DNA of 63,774 bases, the filler included, from Rhizaria sp. SCN 62-66 (taxonomy: Eukaryota): the NCBI GenBank assembly GCA_001724265.1. It is 2 parts of 2 records of this genome, joined end to end, with 100 filler letters (N's around TTAATTAATTAA, not from the genome) between each part and the next. Parts side by side here need not be neighbours in the genome. Positions count along the whole stretch, not along the records: positions 1 to 31,862 come from MEDY01000349.1; 1 more part is not named here. One strand, written 5' to 3'. The notes below the pieces were generated by a model. It did not search any database. It saw only the letters and a program-made list of their open reading frames with translations, and was not told the origin of the DNA. The translations under genes and the position numbers were made by a program. Positions 13,062-24,789 of the stretch are shown here, one piece after another. Position 1 is the stretch's first letter; the number at the start of each line of letters is the position of its first letter.

Positions 13062-16000
13062 CGGCAACGCCGGTATGGGTGGCCTGGGTTTCGCAGTCAT
13101 GTCCCCCACCTCCGCCTCCGGCCTCAACCTCAACCTCAACCTCGGCCACGGCCTCGGCCAGGGCCACGGCGGCCACGGGATGGGCATGCCGCTCGCGCGC
13201 GCGCCCCCCGGTGCGGGCCCAGGCTCGGGCAACGGCGGCGGCCAGAACGACTCGGCCGCTGCGGCGGCAGCGGCGGCGGCGGCGGCCTTCGCGGCGTACG
13301 GCGCAAACAAGTATTAGACGCAACTGCCACCACGGTAGGTGCCGTCGCCGGTGCGGGACTTTGACAACTACAGCAACAGCAACAACGAGAATGGCGGCGG
13401 CGAGAGCGGCGGCGGCGAGAGCGGCGGCGGCGGGAGCGGCGGCAGCGGGCGGACGCGGATGACGGGAAACGGGAGCGGTGAGAGCGAGCTCGACGACCAG
13501 GGCCTGGGCCAGGGCCTCGGCCGCGCCCTCACCGACGACGCTGGCCGCGACTCGACAGTGAACGTGTCAGACGATGATGAGGAAGACGAGCGGGGACGCA
13601 ACGTGCACAACATCGTCAACAACATCATCTTGCCCGACGAGGACGACGAAGAAGACATCGACCTCAACGAACGCGATCGCAAAGACGTCAGTGCTTCCGA
13701 GAAGCAAAACAGCAACGACGCCTCCAACGAGACAGCTTTGAACTCGCTCACCGACACCATCGCCAACGCCAACGTTGCCGTGGAGTCCCCGGGCGCCGCC
13801 GCGGACATCGTGTGCCAGCCCTCGCGCTCGCGGTCGCTGTCGCACTCACACTCACACTCGCGCTCGCGCTCGCATTCGCAGCCGCGCTCGCGGCCGCTCT
13901 CGTGCGCGCACGACGGCGACGCTGCCAGCACCTTCGACGCCGCCGGCAAAGCCTCCCAGCAACCGCAGCAGCAGAAACAGAAGCAGCATCAGCAGCCAGT
14001 CGCGAACGCCAATAGCGGCCTCGTCGCCAGCAACAGCGGCAGCGGCGGTGACGACCTCACTGGCGTCGGCTTCGGCGTCTCGCTGGCCTCTGCCTCGGAG
14101 CTGCCCTCCGCTCTCGCCGGCCCCGGCCCCGGCCCCGGCCTGACGTTCGCGCTGTCGCCGCTGCCGCTGGCGCAGGCGCACTCGCTCTCGCAGGCGCACC
14201 TCAACGGGCACCCGCATTCGCATTCGCGCTCGCATTCGCACTCGTTCTCCCGCAGCGGGCTCAGCAGCATCGCCGGCCTCAACAGCAGCATCAGCGGTGC
14301 CAACGCCAACATCGATTGCAACAACGGCAGCATCGCCGACACCAGCGGTGACGCTGGCGGGCCGCTCTCGGTCGCTCTGGGTCTGGGGCTAGATCTCGGG
14401 CTGGGGCCTGGGCTCGGCCTCGGCCTCGGCCTCGGGCTCAAGGACAGCAACGGCGGCACTCACTCCGAGCGGCCGCAGCCGCCGCAGCCGCAGGAGGTTT
14501 TCGCCGGCCACGCACATCTCGAGCCTTCGCTGCAGCACGACATCACTACCGTCGTCGCCGATGCTGCCGCCAACTGCGAGCTCGTCGCTAGCATCGCCCG
14601 CGCCAAGCCGCTACCCGCGCCGCTCTCTCAGTCGCAGTCGCTTGCACATGAAGGACCCGCGGCCCGCGGCGACTGCGAGGTGTGCGTGGGGCTCCCGCTC
14701 TCGCCCCTCTGCAGCCACAGCCGCGATCACGGCCACTCGGCCGGCCAGTCCGGCGGGCTGCAGTCGCAGTCGTCGTCGCAGCAACTCGCCGCGACCACGC
14801 TGCCCCCGTCCAGCGCCGGCGATGCGGCATCCGCCTGCGGTTCCGCAGTGGGCTCCGTCGGCTTCCCGCTCAACACCGTCCCGGAGACCGAACCCGCGAC
14901 CCTGCCGCCGGCCGACTACGGCGCCCACGACGCTAATGGCGGCTTTCTGCACAGCGCTACGATCCACATGTCGGGCCTCGCGCTCGCGGCGGACCCCGGC
15001 GCCGGCCTCGTCCCCACGCTTGCCCACAGTCCCCGCCCCAGCCCCAGCCTCAGCCCCAGCCTCAGCCCCAGCCTCAGCCCCAGTCTCAGCCCCAGCCTCA
15101 GCGACAGTGCCGCCAATGCCGAGGCAGGGGCCCGCGGCCTCGCCCCGGCGCCCATGCCCGTCATCACCGGGAGTAACAACAATTACAGCAACAACAGCAA
15201 CGGTTACGGCAACGCGACCCCGATCATTGGCTACGTGTCCGTGACGGCGCAGAGCCAGCGCCTCTCGCAGTCTTCGCTGCCGCCGCACTCGTCGCGCTCA
15301 CACTCGCGACAGCCCTCGACGTCGTCGTGGACCAACGCGGCCGCACTCCCGGTGCTTTCCGCTGCCAACTCCTCTTCCTTCGGGCTGGGCTCGGGCGCGG
15401 GTTCGGGCTGCGCCGCGCTGGGCCCCTGGGCCGGCCCCGGCGCGCCCAGCAGCACGGTCGACCTGTGCGGCGGCAGCGTCGCCGCGCCCAGCCTCTGCGG
15501 CATGAGCGTGCTCGGCGGCGACGGTCTCAATAGCACCGCCGGCGGCCTCAGCGGCGGCGGCGACGGCGCGCGCACCGGCGCCGGCGGCGCGGCGAGCCCT
15601 GGCCCCGGCCTCTGGCCCAGCGCAGGCCCCTGGCCCGGCGCAGGCCCCTGGCCCGGCGCAGGCCCCGCGGCGCCCGCGGGCCTGGGCGCAGCGCCCTCGC
15701 TGGCCAACACGGTCGCGCTCGCAGGCTCCTACCACTACTGTCGTAGTCACAGCGGCTTTCACGGACACGGTCACGGACACGGTCACGGACACGGACACGG
15801 GCATGGACACGGCGGCGTCTACGGCGCCCCCGCATCGGGCTCCGCGACGGCCGCGGCGGCGACGCTCGCTGTCCAGCACTCCGGCCCCGGCTCCAGCCTC
15901 AGCTCCAGCAGCAGCGCCGTAACCGGCAGCGGCGGCGGCGGTGGCGGCGGCGTCAGCGTCAGCGGGGGCGGCGTCAGCGGGGGCGCGTACAGCGCGGGCG

Positions 16001-19000
16001 CTGGCGACCACGGCGCGGCCTTCGTGGGCGCGTCGCCGGTGCAGTCGTCCGTGTCGCTGGGCTCCTCGTTCGGCTCGCCGCTGCTGCCGCCGTCCTCAGC
16101 CGCGCTGACGCCCGCCGCGCGCTCCTCGGTGCTCGCGGCGCACGCCGCCGGCCCCTGCAGCAGCGGCGGCGGCGCGCCGGGCGCCGGCCACCACGGGCAC
16201 GGACCCGGACAGGGCCACGGCCACGGCCAGAGTAACAATGTGACGCCGCTGAGCCACACGCACGGGCTGAGCTACGGCCACGGCCACGGCCACGGCCACG
16301 GCCACGGGGGCGCGGCGTCGACCCACGGCGTGGCGCACCGGCGCTCGCTGACGTCGTTGCGCACTGCGTACCAGCACCAGAGCGCGCACTCGTTCGCCCA
16401 CCAGCAGCACCACCAGCAGCAGCTCACACAGCAACAGCAGCAGCAGCAATTCGCGCTTCCGCAGCAGCAGTACCAGCAGGCGCATGCCGGCGCGGCCGCG
16501 GGTCTGGGCTCGATGGGTGGCGTCTCGCTAACGCCGATGCAAGCCATGACTAAGCTCGGCCCCGGCCACTACGGCCACGGCCACGGCAACGGCCCCATCG
16601 GCCCCGTGGGGCTGAGTCGCGGCAGCGGCAGCGGCAGCTTCAGTGCGTATCCCGCGGACGCGTCGCCCGCGCTGTCGGTCGCCACACTGTCCACGCCGCT
16701 CGTGTCGGCCGCCTCGCTCGCCAACACGCACCAGCAGCAGCAGCCGCAGTACGGACCGCAGTACGCGCCGCAGCACCAGCTGCACCAGACGGCGTTCGCG
16801 CAGGCGCAGGCGCAGGCGGCGCACGCCGCGCTGGCCGCCGTCTCGGGGCTGCCCGCGGCACACTCGCACTCGCCCGCGCACAGCAACAGCAGCAACTACA
16901 GCAGCAGCTGCAGCAGCAGCGGCGGCAACAGCGCCACCGCGGCCGCGCTCAGCCAGGGCGCCACGCACGCGCTGCCGATGCCGCAGAGCGGCCGCCTTCG
17001 CACGCGCACCAGCGCCAGCGGCGCGCTCAGCAGAACGGCTACGACCATCGGCCTCGCCCCCGGCGCCGGCACGAGCTACGGCGCGGGCAGTGGCGCGGGC
17101 TACGGCGCTGGCGCGGGCGCTGCGGCGGGCTACGTGTCCACGACCGCGGCTGCCGCGACGCCGGTCGGCGCCGCTGGCCAGTGCGGCAGCGGCAGCGGCA
17201 GCGGCAACGGGGCCGGTGGACTTACGGCGCGGCTGCCCCCGACGCCCACGCGCAGCTCCGGCCCGCTCATGACGCTGTCCGCGGGCGGTGCGGCGGCGGG
17301 CTCGAGCACGGGCGCGCTGCCTGCGTCGCTGTTCGCGCTGCTGGCGCCCACGGCCGCGCCTGCCGCGCCGCCCTCGGCGCTCTCGCGCACGCGCACACAC
17401 ACTACCAACGCGGGCGGCGCCGTCAGCGCCAACGGCTACGGCCTGGGCGGCTCTCTGTCCCCCGAGCCCGCGGCGGCCGCTGCCCCTGCGCCCTCGGTGG
17501 CGGTGACGGTGTTTGCGGCCCGCGCGGGGGGCTCCAGCTCTGTGTCGGTCTCGAGAACGGACGCGACGCCGCAGCAGTCGCCGTCGCCGTCGCTGCAACA
17601 CTCGCACGCGCACTCGCCGCTGCCGTCTCCGCTGCCCTCGCCGCCCTCCGCCTCCGCCTCGGTGTTCGTCTTCGGCAACGCCACCGCCAACACGATCACT
17701 GTCGGCACCAGCAGCAGCGGCAGCGGCAGTGGCAGCGGCAGCGGCAGTGGCAGCGGCAGCGGCAGCGGCAGCGGCAGTGGCAACGCGGGCGCCGGGCAGC
17801 CGCAGCCGCAGCTGTCGCTGGCGGAGCAGCAGTCGCTGCTCTCGGCGCTCATCCACCAGCAGCAGCCCCAGGGTGACGGCGGCAGCGGCAGCGGCAGCGG
17901 CAGCAGCGACCTGGCTGCGCTCGCGGCCCACAGCCTCTCAGGCCTCGGCCTCGTGCTAAGCCACAGCCACAGCCACGGCCACGGCCACGGCTACGGCTAC
18001 GGCCACCAAGGCCCGCAGGCCTTCGCGGGGCCGTTCCCGCAGCAGTCCAGCGTGCCGACGCCGACGGCGAGCCCCGACGCTAGTCTGACCCTGAGCCTCA
18101 ATCTGAGCCCCAGCCCCAGCCCCGACCCCAGCGACAGGGACAGGGCCGGGGACAGGACGGGTGCCGCGTCTGCGTCTGCGTCTGGGTCTGGGTCTGGGGC
18201 CGCGCACTCGCCGTGCGCGCAGTCCCAGCTGCAGTTGCAACTGCAGGCTCATCTGCAGGCCGTGCTGGCGGGTGTGGACCCCTCGCTGCTGGCCGCCGCC
18301 GCGGCCGCCGCCTCCGCGGGCGCCGACTCGACGTCGTCGGCGGCGCTGGCGGCCCTGTCGGCGACCACGGGCGTGGACGCGCACTCGCTGCTCTTCGCGC
18401 TCAGCCTGGGCGCGCTGCCGCCCGCCGCCGCCGCGCTCGCCTCAGCTGTCTACGCCCGCGCGCTCGCCGCAGGCGCGTCGGCCGCCACCGCCGCCTCCGC
18501 AGGCGCCGCTGCTGCGAGGGCCGAGCTCGTCGCCAGCAACAGCGGCAGCCACAACGATAGCAACCACAACAGCCTTTCTGACGTCAGCAGCAGCAGCAGC
18601 AGCAGCAGCGCATGCAACACCGGCTTCAACGACGCATCGTTCGCGCCCTCGTTACGCGTCACGGCCCCCGCGCCTGTGCCCGGCTCCGGCTCCGGCGCGA
18701 ACACTAGTCTTGCTGCGGCATTGCCCCCGCTACTGTCGCTGCCGGTGTCCCCGCTCAACGCCCCGCTCAGCGCCCCGCTCGGCGCCGCGCCACACGCCCC
18801 GCCTCACGCCGCGCCCAACGCCGGAGTCTCCGACGCGGGCGCTCAGCCGGCGCGGCAGCAGGAGCGTGCGTCGCAGTCGCTCGCCGACACGGTCATAAGC
18901 AGCCGCGGTGGCAGCGGCCGCGGCAGGGCGCGCGCCGCGGCCCGGGGCTCTGACGGCCTGCAGCTGCAGCTGCAGCTGCAACAACTCCAGCAGCAACAAC

Positions 19001-21282
19001 AACTTCAGCTCCAGCAGCAACAACAACTTCAGCTCCAGCAGCAACAACAACTTCAGCTCCAGCAGCAACAACAACAGCAGCAGCACATGCTCTCCGTTCC
19101 CTCATTCACCAACGGCGGCCCCGGCGGCTACGTCGGGCTGCAGGTGCGGCCGTCGGCGTCGCGCTCGCTGTCGCCGCTGCAGCCGCTGTCGCCTGCCGCC
19201 CACGCCGCGGCGCTGGCCAACGCCAGCGCGAACCCCAGCGCCCTTGGCAGCGTCACCGGCAGCGTCGCCGGCAGCGTGGCGGGCAGCGTGTCTCCGACGT
19301 ACCACGCGCAGCAGGCCTTCGGGCCCAACGGCGCTGGCGGTAACGGCGGCAGCGCACAGGCGCAAGCCCAGGCGCAAGCGCAGTCGCGGCGCGGCGCCGG
19401 GCACGGACAGGGCCACGTGCGTGTGCCCAGTCTGGGCGGTTCCAGCTCGCGGCCCAGCCCCAGCCACGCCTCCGGCGCCGGCCACGGCCACGACTACGGC
19501 CACGGTGCCGGCGGCGGCAGCGGCGGCAACAGTAACGATTGGCTGGGGCTGGGGCACGGCGGGAACCACGGATACGGACACGGCTACTCGCGCAGCCACG
19601 GCGACGTACTCACCGAGCTGGGGCTCGAGCTCGACCACCTGCCCGCGTTCGCGCAGCAGCACGGCCACGCGCACGCGCACGCCCTCGCCAACACGCACGT
19701 GCACGGCCAGGTCTACGGGCAGCAGAGCCCAACGCAGACGCTGACCCAAGCACAGGCGCAGACTGCGCAGACCCAGGGGCAGCGGGTGGCCGGCTCCAGC
19801 AGCCGCAGCAGTAACAGCAGCGCCAGCAGCAAGAGCACGCGCGCCCGCACCCTCGGCGTCCCGAGTTCCAGTGCCGCTAGCGGGGCTGGCGCTGCAGCGC
19901 AGTCCGCGATCGGCCACGGCCACGGCCACGGTCGGGCTCAGGCCCAGGTCCAGTGCCAGGGCCAGGGTCAGAGCAGCTCGCTCGCGTCGCCTAGAGTCAG
20001 CACCGCCCATGGCGCCGACGCCGGCAACTGCAGCAGCGCCGCCGGCGCCGCGGCCGCCGCGGGGTCCCACATGGCGCTCAGCATCAGCGCACCCGCCGCC
20101 AGCGCGAGCGCCGCGCCGACGCCTGGCCCGCCGAGCGCGGCTCTCAGCGCGGCCGCGAGCGCGAACTCGGGCGCGGGCATGAGCCCCAATGTCAACGTCA
20201 GCGCCTCCGCGGGCGCCACTGCCGCCGCGAGCGCGAGCGCGAGTGCGAGTCCGAGCGCGAGCGTGGGCGTCAGCGCGGCGTCCAACGCAAGCCCCAGCCC
20301 GAACGCGTGCGACCGGATCTGCGTGTTCCACATCTCGCCGCAGGGCTGCGTCAAGACGGCCAAGTGCGACCACCTGCACATCGAGCCCAAGCCCTGCGTG
20401 TACTGGCACACCAAACGCGGCTGCTCCAAGGGCGACTCGTGCAAGTTTCTCCACCTCACCGCCGCCGCACTCGCGGCCGCGGCCACCGCGACGGCGCCCG
20501 CGGCCACCGCGTCCGGCGCGGGCGCGGCCGCCATCGCCGCCGCTACGGCCACCGGCACCGCCCGTCCTGGCTCTCGCGCTGGCGCGGGTATCGGCTCCAG
20601 TAGCGCGACGTCTGTGGCAGGGTCAATGTCTCCCAGCGATGCCGATGCCGACGCCGCTGCCGCCGCTGTCGCCGTGGGCTACGGCGGCCTAGGTGGTTTC
20701 GGCGCTCTCGGAGGCTGCTATGGTGGCGGCGGGAGCTATGAGGCGGAGACGGACCTGGACGCCGTGGTGACCTCGGCGGGCGGCTGGGAACGCGAGCCGG
20801 GCGACCGCGAGCTGGCGGGCTCGGCCTGGGACTGGGGCTCCGCCAGCGACGCCACCTCGGCGGCCACTGCGGCCTCGACCCCGCTCGTGCTCTCGCAGCC
20901 GCACGCGCTGGCGCTGGCGCCTCCGCACGCGCACGGCCCGCCGCAGGGCTCCGCCGCAGCCGCGGCCGCTGCAGCCGCAGCCGTGGCCGCTGCGACAGCG
21001 ACCGTCTGCACCTGTTTGCGCAACGGCAACGGCAACGGCAGCGGCGCTGCTGGCGCGGGCGCTGCGCTGTGCCTGTGCGGCGCGTCCGCCGCCGCCGCCG
21101 CCGCCGCTGCGGCGACTGCGGCGGCAGTGAGCGTGGGCGGGAAGCGGCTGAAGAAGGCTAAGGTGCAGCGGCTGTCGTACGAGCTGGACGTGCGCGTGCA
21201 GGCCAAGGCCGAGGCCTTTGACGCCAAGCTGCGCATGCTCAAGGCGCGCCACGAGCTCGCACTGCAGCACAGAAAGAAGTAA
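9879..21282 (+). CDS. Giant low-complexity CCCH zinc-finger (probable RNA-binding) protein, join(9879..12407,12637..21282), ~3724 aa if the two in-frame TAG (13315-13317, 13336-13338) are sense
   Basis: Two CCCH fingers in exon 1 (CDFF...CSKGDRCHFYH; CEAFLLTKTCPRGAACGDLH) and two near the end (CVFHISPQGCVKTAKCDHLH; CVYWHTKRGCSKGDSCKFLH). Phase-0 GT-AG intron. ORFs 12607..13317 and 13339..21282 share a frame; final stop TAA. Poly-Q/N/S/G/A tracts throughout. Confidence 0.7.
10445..10578 (+). repeat. Coding microsatellites (CAG)n, (AAC)n, (AGC)n giving poly-Q, poly-N and poly-S
   Basis: Directly visible trinucleotide runs. Confidence 0.9.
12210..12276 (+). repeat. Coding hexanucleotide repeat (CCCAGG)n encoding (QA)n
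   Basis: About 11 tandem copies visible. Confidence 0.9.
12408..12636 (+). other. Spliceosomal intron (229 nt)
   Basis: CAG|GTACGG donor, AT-rich body, TACTGAC branch-like motif, pyrimidine tract and CCCAG| acceptor; removal keeps the frame. Confidence 0.85.
18985..19075 (+). repeat. 24-nt coding tandem repeat CTCCAGCAGCAACAACAACTTCAG (LQQQQQLQ), 3 copies plus a partial
   Basis: Exact tandem copies visible. Confidence 0.85.
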
Positions 21283-24200
21283 CCAATGCTTGTTGACTCG
21301 CTATGATTTAAGATAGTCATGTGTGTTCAATTCTACTGTATAATGATGCGCTTTGATCCTGACATTTCTTTCCGCAGAAGAACAAAAAAGAGAAAACTCA
21401 GATTATGTGTGTGAGAGAAATATTTTTTTCACGAGAGAGAGAAAAATGAGAAAATTGAAAGCTATCTACTTTTGTTTATTTTACACTTTGCTGCACTTCA
21501 CTTGCTAACATGTAAACGTACGTGTCCTGGATATAACTCTGTGTTCGAGTGATTGTGTGTTATTTCTTTTCTTTTTCGATTTTTGTTTTGATCTGTGCTT
21601 TGATTGACGCCGAGAAGGCCGTCGTGATGCAGCGCCGACGCGTTGTCTGTATGACTGCTGCTGCTTCTGCAGTGTGCCCCGCTGGACAGCACACGCGTAC
21701 TTGTGTACTCGTGCGTGTGTGTGGCGGGTGCGCGCTGCGGTCGTCGCGGCACGAAGACGCCGTGTCTGCGTCTGTGTTTGTGTGAGTGAGCGTGTGTGAG
21801 TGAGTGAGTCAGGTGCCTCTGCTGAGACTGCAATGGCAACGGCGAGAGCAACTGATGTTGTGGCCGCTACATTGCGCGTCTCGATGGAGGCCGTGACAAA
21901 TTGTGATGTGAGATATGAAGACGCTGAAGCGTGTGATCTGTGTTGTACGTTGAGCACGGCCGTGCGAGTCTGACTTGCGCTGCCGTGTTTGCGATGTGTT
22001 GATGTCGAGCTTTGTGTAGTATGTCGAGCTGGGTGAAAGCTCGAGCCGAGTGGCTCAGTGTGCGTGTGTTGTCAAAGTGTAAGTGTGTGCGTGTGTGCGA
22101 TTGTAAGTGTGTAAACAAGCTGCAGAACAGTCTCTCTCTCTCTCTCTGTCTATCTTTTCTCGATATAGTCACGATCTTTCCCTCTCCTATGGTGTTTTTT
22201 TAATGCGTCTGTTTGTTCTTTACAATGTCGGTGCGTGTTTTGCTGTATATGTGCCTCTTGTCATCTCTCTGTCGTCACATGTGGCGCAGAATTTCTCTAT
22301 TTTGTAACGACCTCAACTATGTCACAAAAATATCCTGCACTCACAATGCATGCGAATCGTGTGTGCCTCATAATCATTCTCAAACCAAGGAACCTTTCGT
22401 GGAAGGCCTTTGTATGCCCCATGTTTTGACCGACACGCCTGCCGTGTTTCTGGGGTTCGTTTTTATTTCGTTCTGTTTCATTTTATACTCGCACTTCTCA
22501 TGTCATCACGCCTAGTCATGCCATGTCTTAGTCACTGCTACTCAGTGTTACTCTGGCCGAGTGATATTGGTAGAAATACGTCAACAGTCCAAGATTATAT
22601 AACAAACGCCGCAACGTGTTTACTCAATTGACACTACGTCGCTTCCGTGTGTGTTTCTCGTGAATTTTATTTACGTGTTTTGTTTCTTTCCCTTTGTTTC
22701 GTGTCTTTTGTTTCACATATGTCTTATTTTCGCTCCCCCACTTGTTTGTTAGTTGCCGCCTGCCTGTCCCATTCTCATCGGATTTGTGCACAGCAAACAC
22801 CCAGCGCACATAACTCGTGACTACATCTGCGAATCACTTTTCGCGATCAACCAATCAAACAACCAATCGATGACTCATTCGGATGGCGACTCAACCAACT
22901 GTCCTCATCGTCCACTCAGTTCATTTGTATTTGTTCATTATCATAATCTTCAGTAAACAATCATAATTCTTCTTTCTCATTCAAATAATCAATCACAATC
23001 ATCATTGTCAATTCGACATTACTCATCCATTTTTAGTCGTAAAGTCACATTAAAAGTTTGTTCAATGTCACTGCTACTGTCTCCACAAGCGAGAAACCAC
23101 TCAAGAACCAACTCAAATCACTGTTTGCGCCAAATTGCTGGCGCTCACCAACAACCTTCATGCACTCAGCATCACTCCCACACCCACACTCAGTCACAGT
23201 TTTCTTACTGTGTGTTGCTGCCATCAGCCAAGGACGTTGTTGTTTTTTGTTTCTGTTGATTTGGCTCGTTTAAACTCGAAATTTAAATCAATTTTGAATT
23301 CTGATTTTGTCTGTATTTTTTATACTTTCTGTGTCATCGCATCGTGTAATGTTGTTGCGTCTTTGTGACTGGGCTTGTTATGAGTTTCGACGGATAATGG
23401 TGTGTTACCTTACACGCAAACTATCTCTCACTCTCTACACTCTCCCACATATCACACCACACACAGGGAATTCCCTATTAGTCATTTTGTCTCCATGTCC
23501 TCTGTCTCTACCCAGTCTGCCTGTGTTCCTGCAGCAAGAGCAGCAGCAGCAACAGTTGTACGCTGCTGCGCCGTCGTCCTCTCCTCTTCATCATGGCCCC
23601 GTCACGCCCTTCTTCTTCGCCATATCATACTCCGTCGTTCATCTTTTGCTGACTGTGTTCACTATCCCTCTTTTGATTTTTCGCCATTTTGTTTGTGCTT
23701 ACACAATTCTGTGTTCCATTATACTACTAATATTGTATGTAGTCGGCTGAATGATTAGGCGAACTATTTGATATTGGTTTCTAGTTTACTTTGTTTTCTG
23801 CGTCTCTAATCGATTTCGTTTCATATCATGTTGTTTCTCCTTATTTTGTTCGATTGTTCCCCCCTCCCCTCATATCTCGACTCTGAGTCTTCGTTTCATA
23901 TCGCAATGTATGTTGTCTGCCATGCCCTGTCTTGCCTTGTGGTGCTATGCTGTGTCGTGCCGTGCTCCGATCTGTTGGGCTGAGCCGTGCCGTGTTGTGC
24001 TTTGCTGTATGTGCTGTGTTATGGCTGTTATCCGTGACTGTCCACTGCGAGCCAGCTTGTGAAGGTTTGCTTGGTACGTTGTGTGATTGACCGGTGACAC
24101 TGCTTGAACGCAGCTACGACTCCGTACGCACTAGTCACTAATTTTGACTGCTTCCGGACTGGCTGACTACCTGATTGGTTGGCTGGCCGGAGCTGGTGGC

Positions 24201-24789
24201 ATTAACTTGTGTGCTGGATGAGGGGCGATTGGCGGCGGGTTTGTCGGGCGACATACCTCTCATATGTACGTTTAGAATACATTATTTTTATTTGGAAAAG
24301 CGGCTTATCAAAACCTAAAAGTCGACTCAGTAATGCCATATAGCGTGATATACCCTGCGAAATATGACCAAATGAATTTCGACCACATACTCATTTTGGC
24401 GCGCACAGTCGAAGTGAGCGAAGCACGAAGCAACAACCCTGCGGCGCGCGCGCGAGAAGCGATTTCCCGCAGAGAACAGCGTACATTTGGATAATCTATT
24501 CGTATTATGCGTTTTAAAGCCACTATAGTATGACATCTCAATTTGTTTCTAATTGGAAGAGGATGTTTTGCGCTTGAAACGCCGCTTGGAATGCACGCGC
24601 ACTCCCAGTCGCCCCTTGAGCACCTTTGGTTTCCGCTGTGTGCGTCTCACGGTTCTCCCGTGTGCTATTATGCCTTGACACCGCTGCGTACACTATTTCC
24701 CCCTTCTTATCTATCCCTATCTCTTTCATGATCTTCATTACACCCACACCCCGCCCCACTGCACGGCCCCGCGGCGCTCGCAGGTCCGC

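Noticed and set aside
13311-13338. 28-nt GT..AG mini-intron that would remove both TAGs
   Set aside because: It is not a multiple of 3, so it shifts into a frame that stops at 13462 and orphans 2600 codons with two zinc fingers. It also lacks a pyrimidine tract and is far shorter than the other introns. Only RNA data can fully exclude it.
15036-15102. Short tandem repeats (12-mer CCCAGCCTCAGC and others) as a CRISPR-like array
   Set aside because: There are no unique spacers, the repeats are in-frame coding sequence, and the context is eukaryotic with no cas genes.
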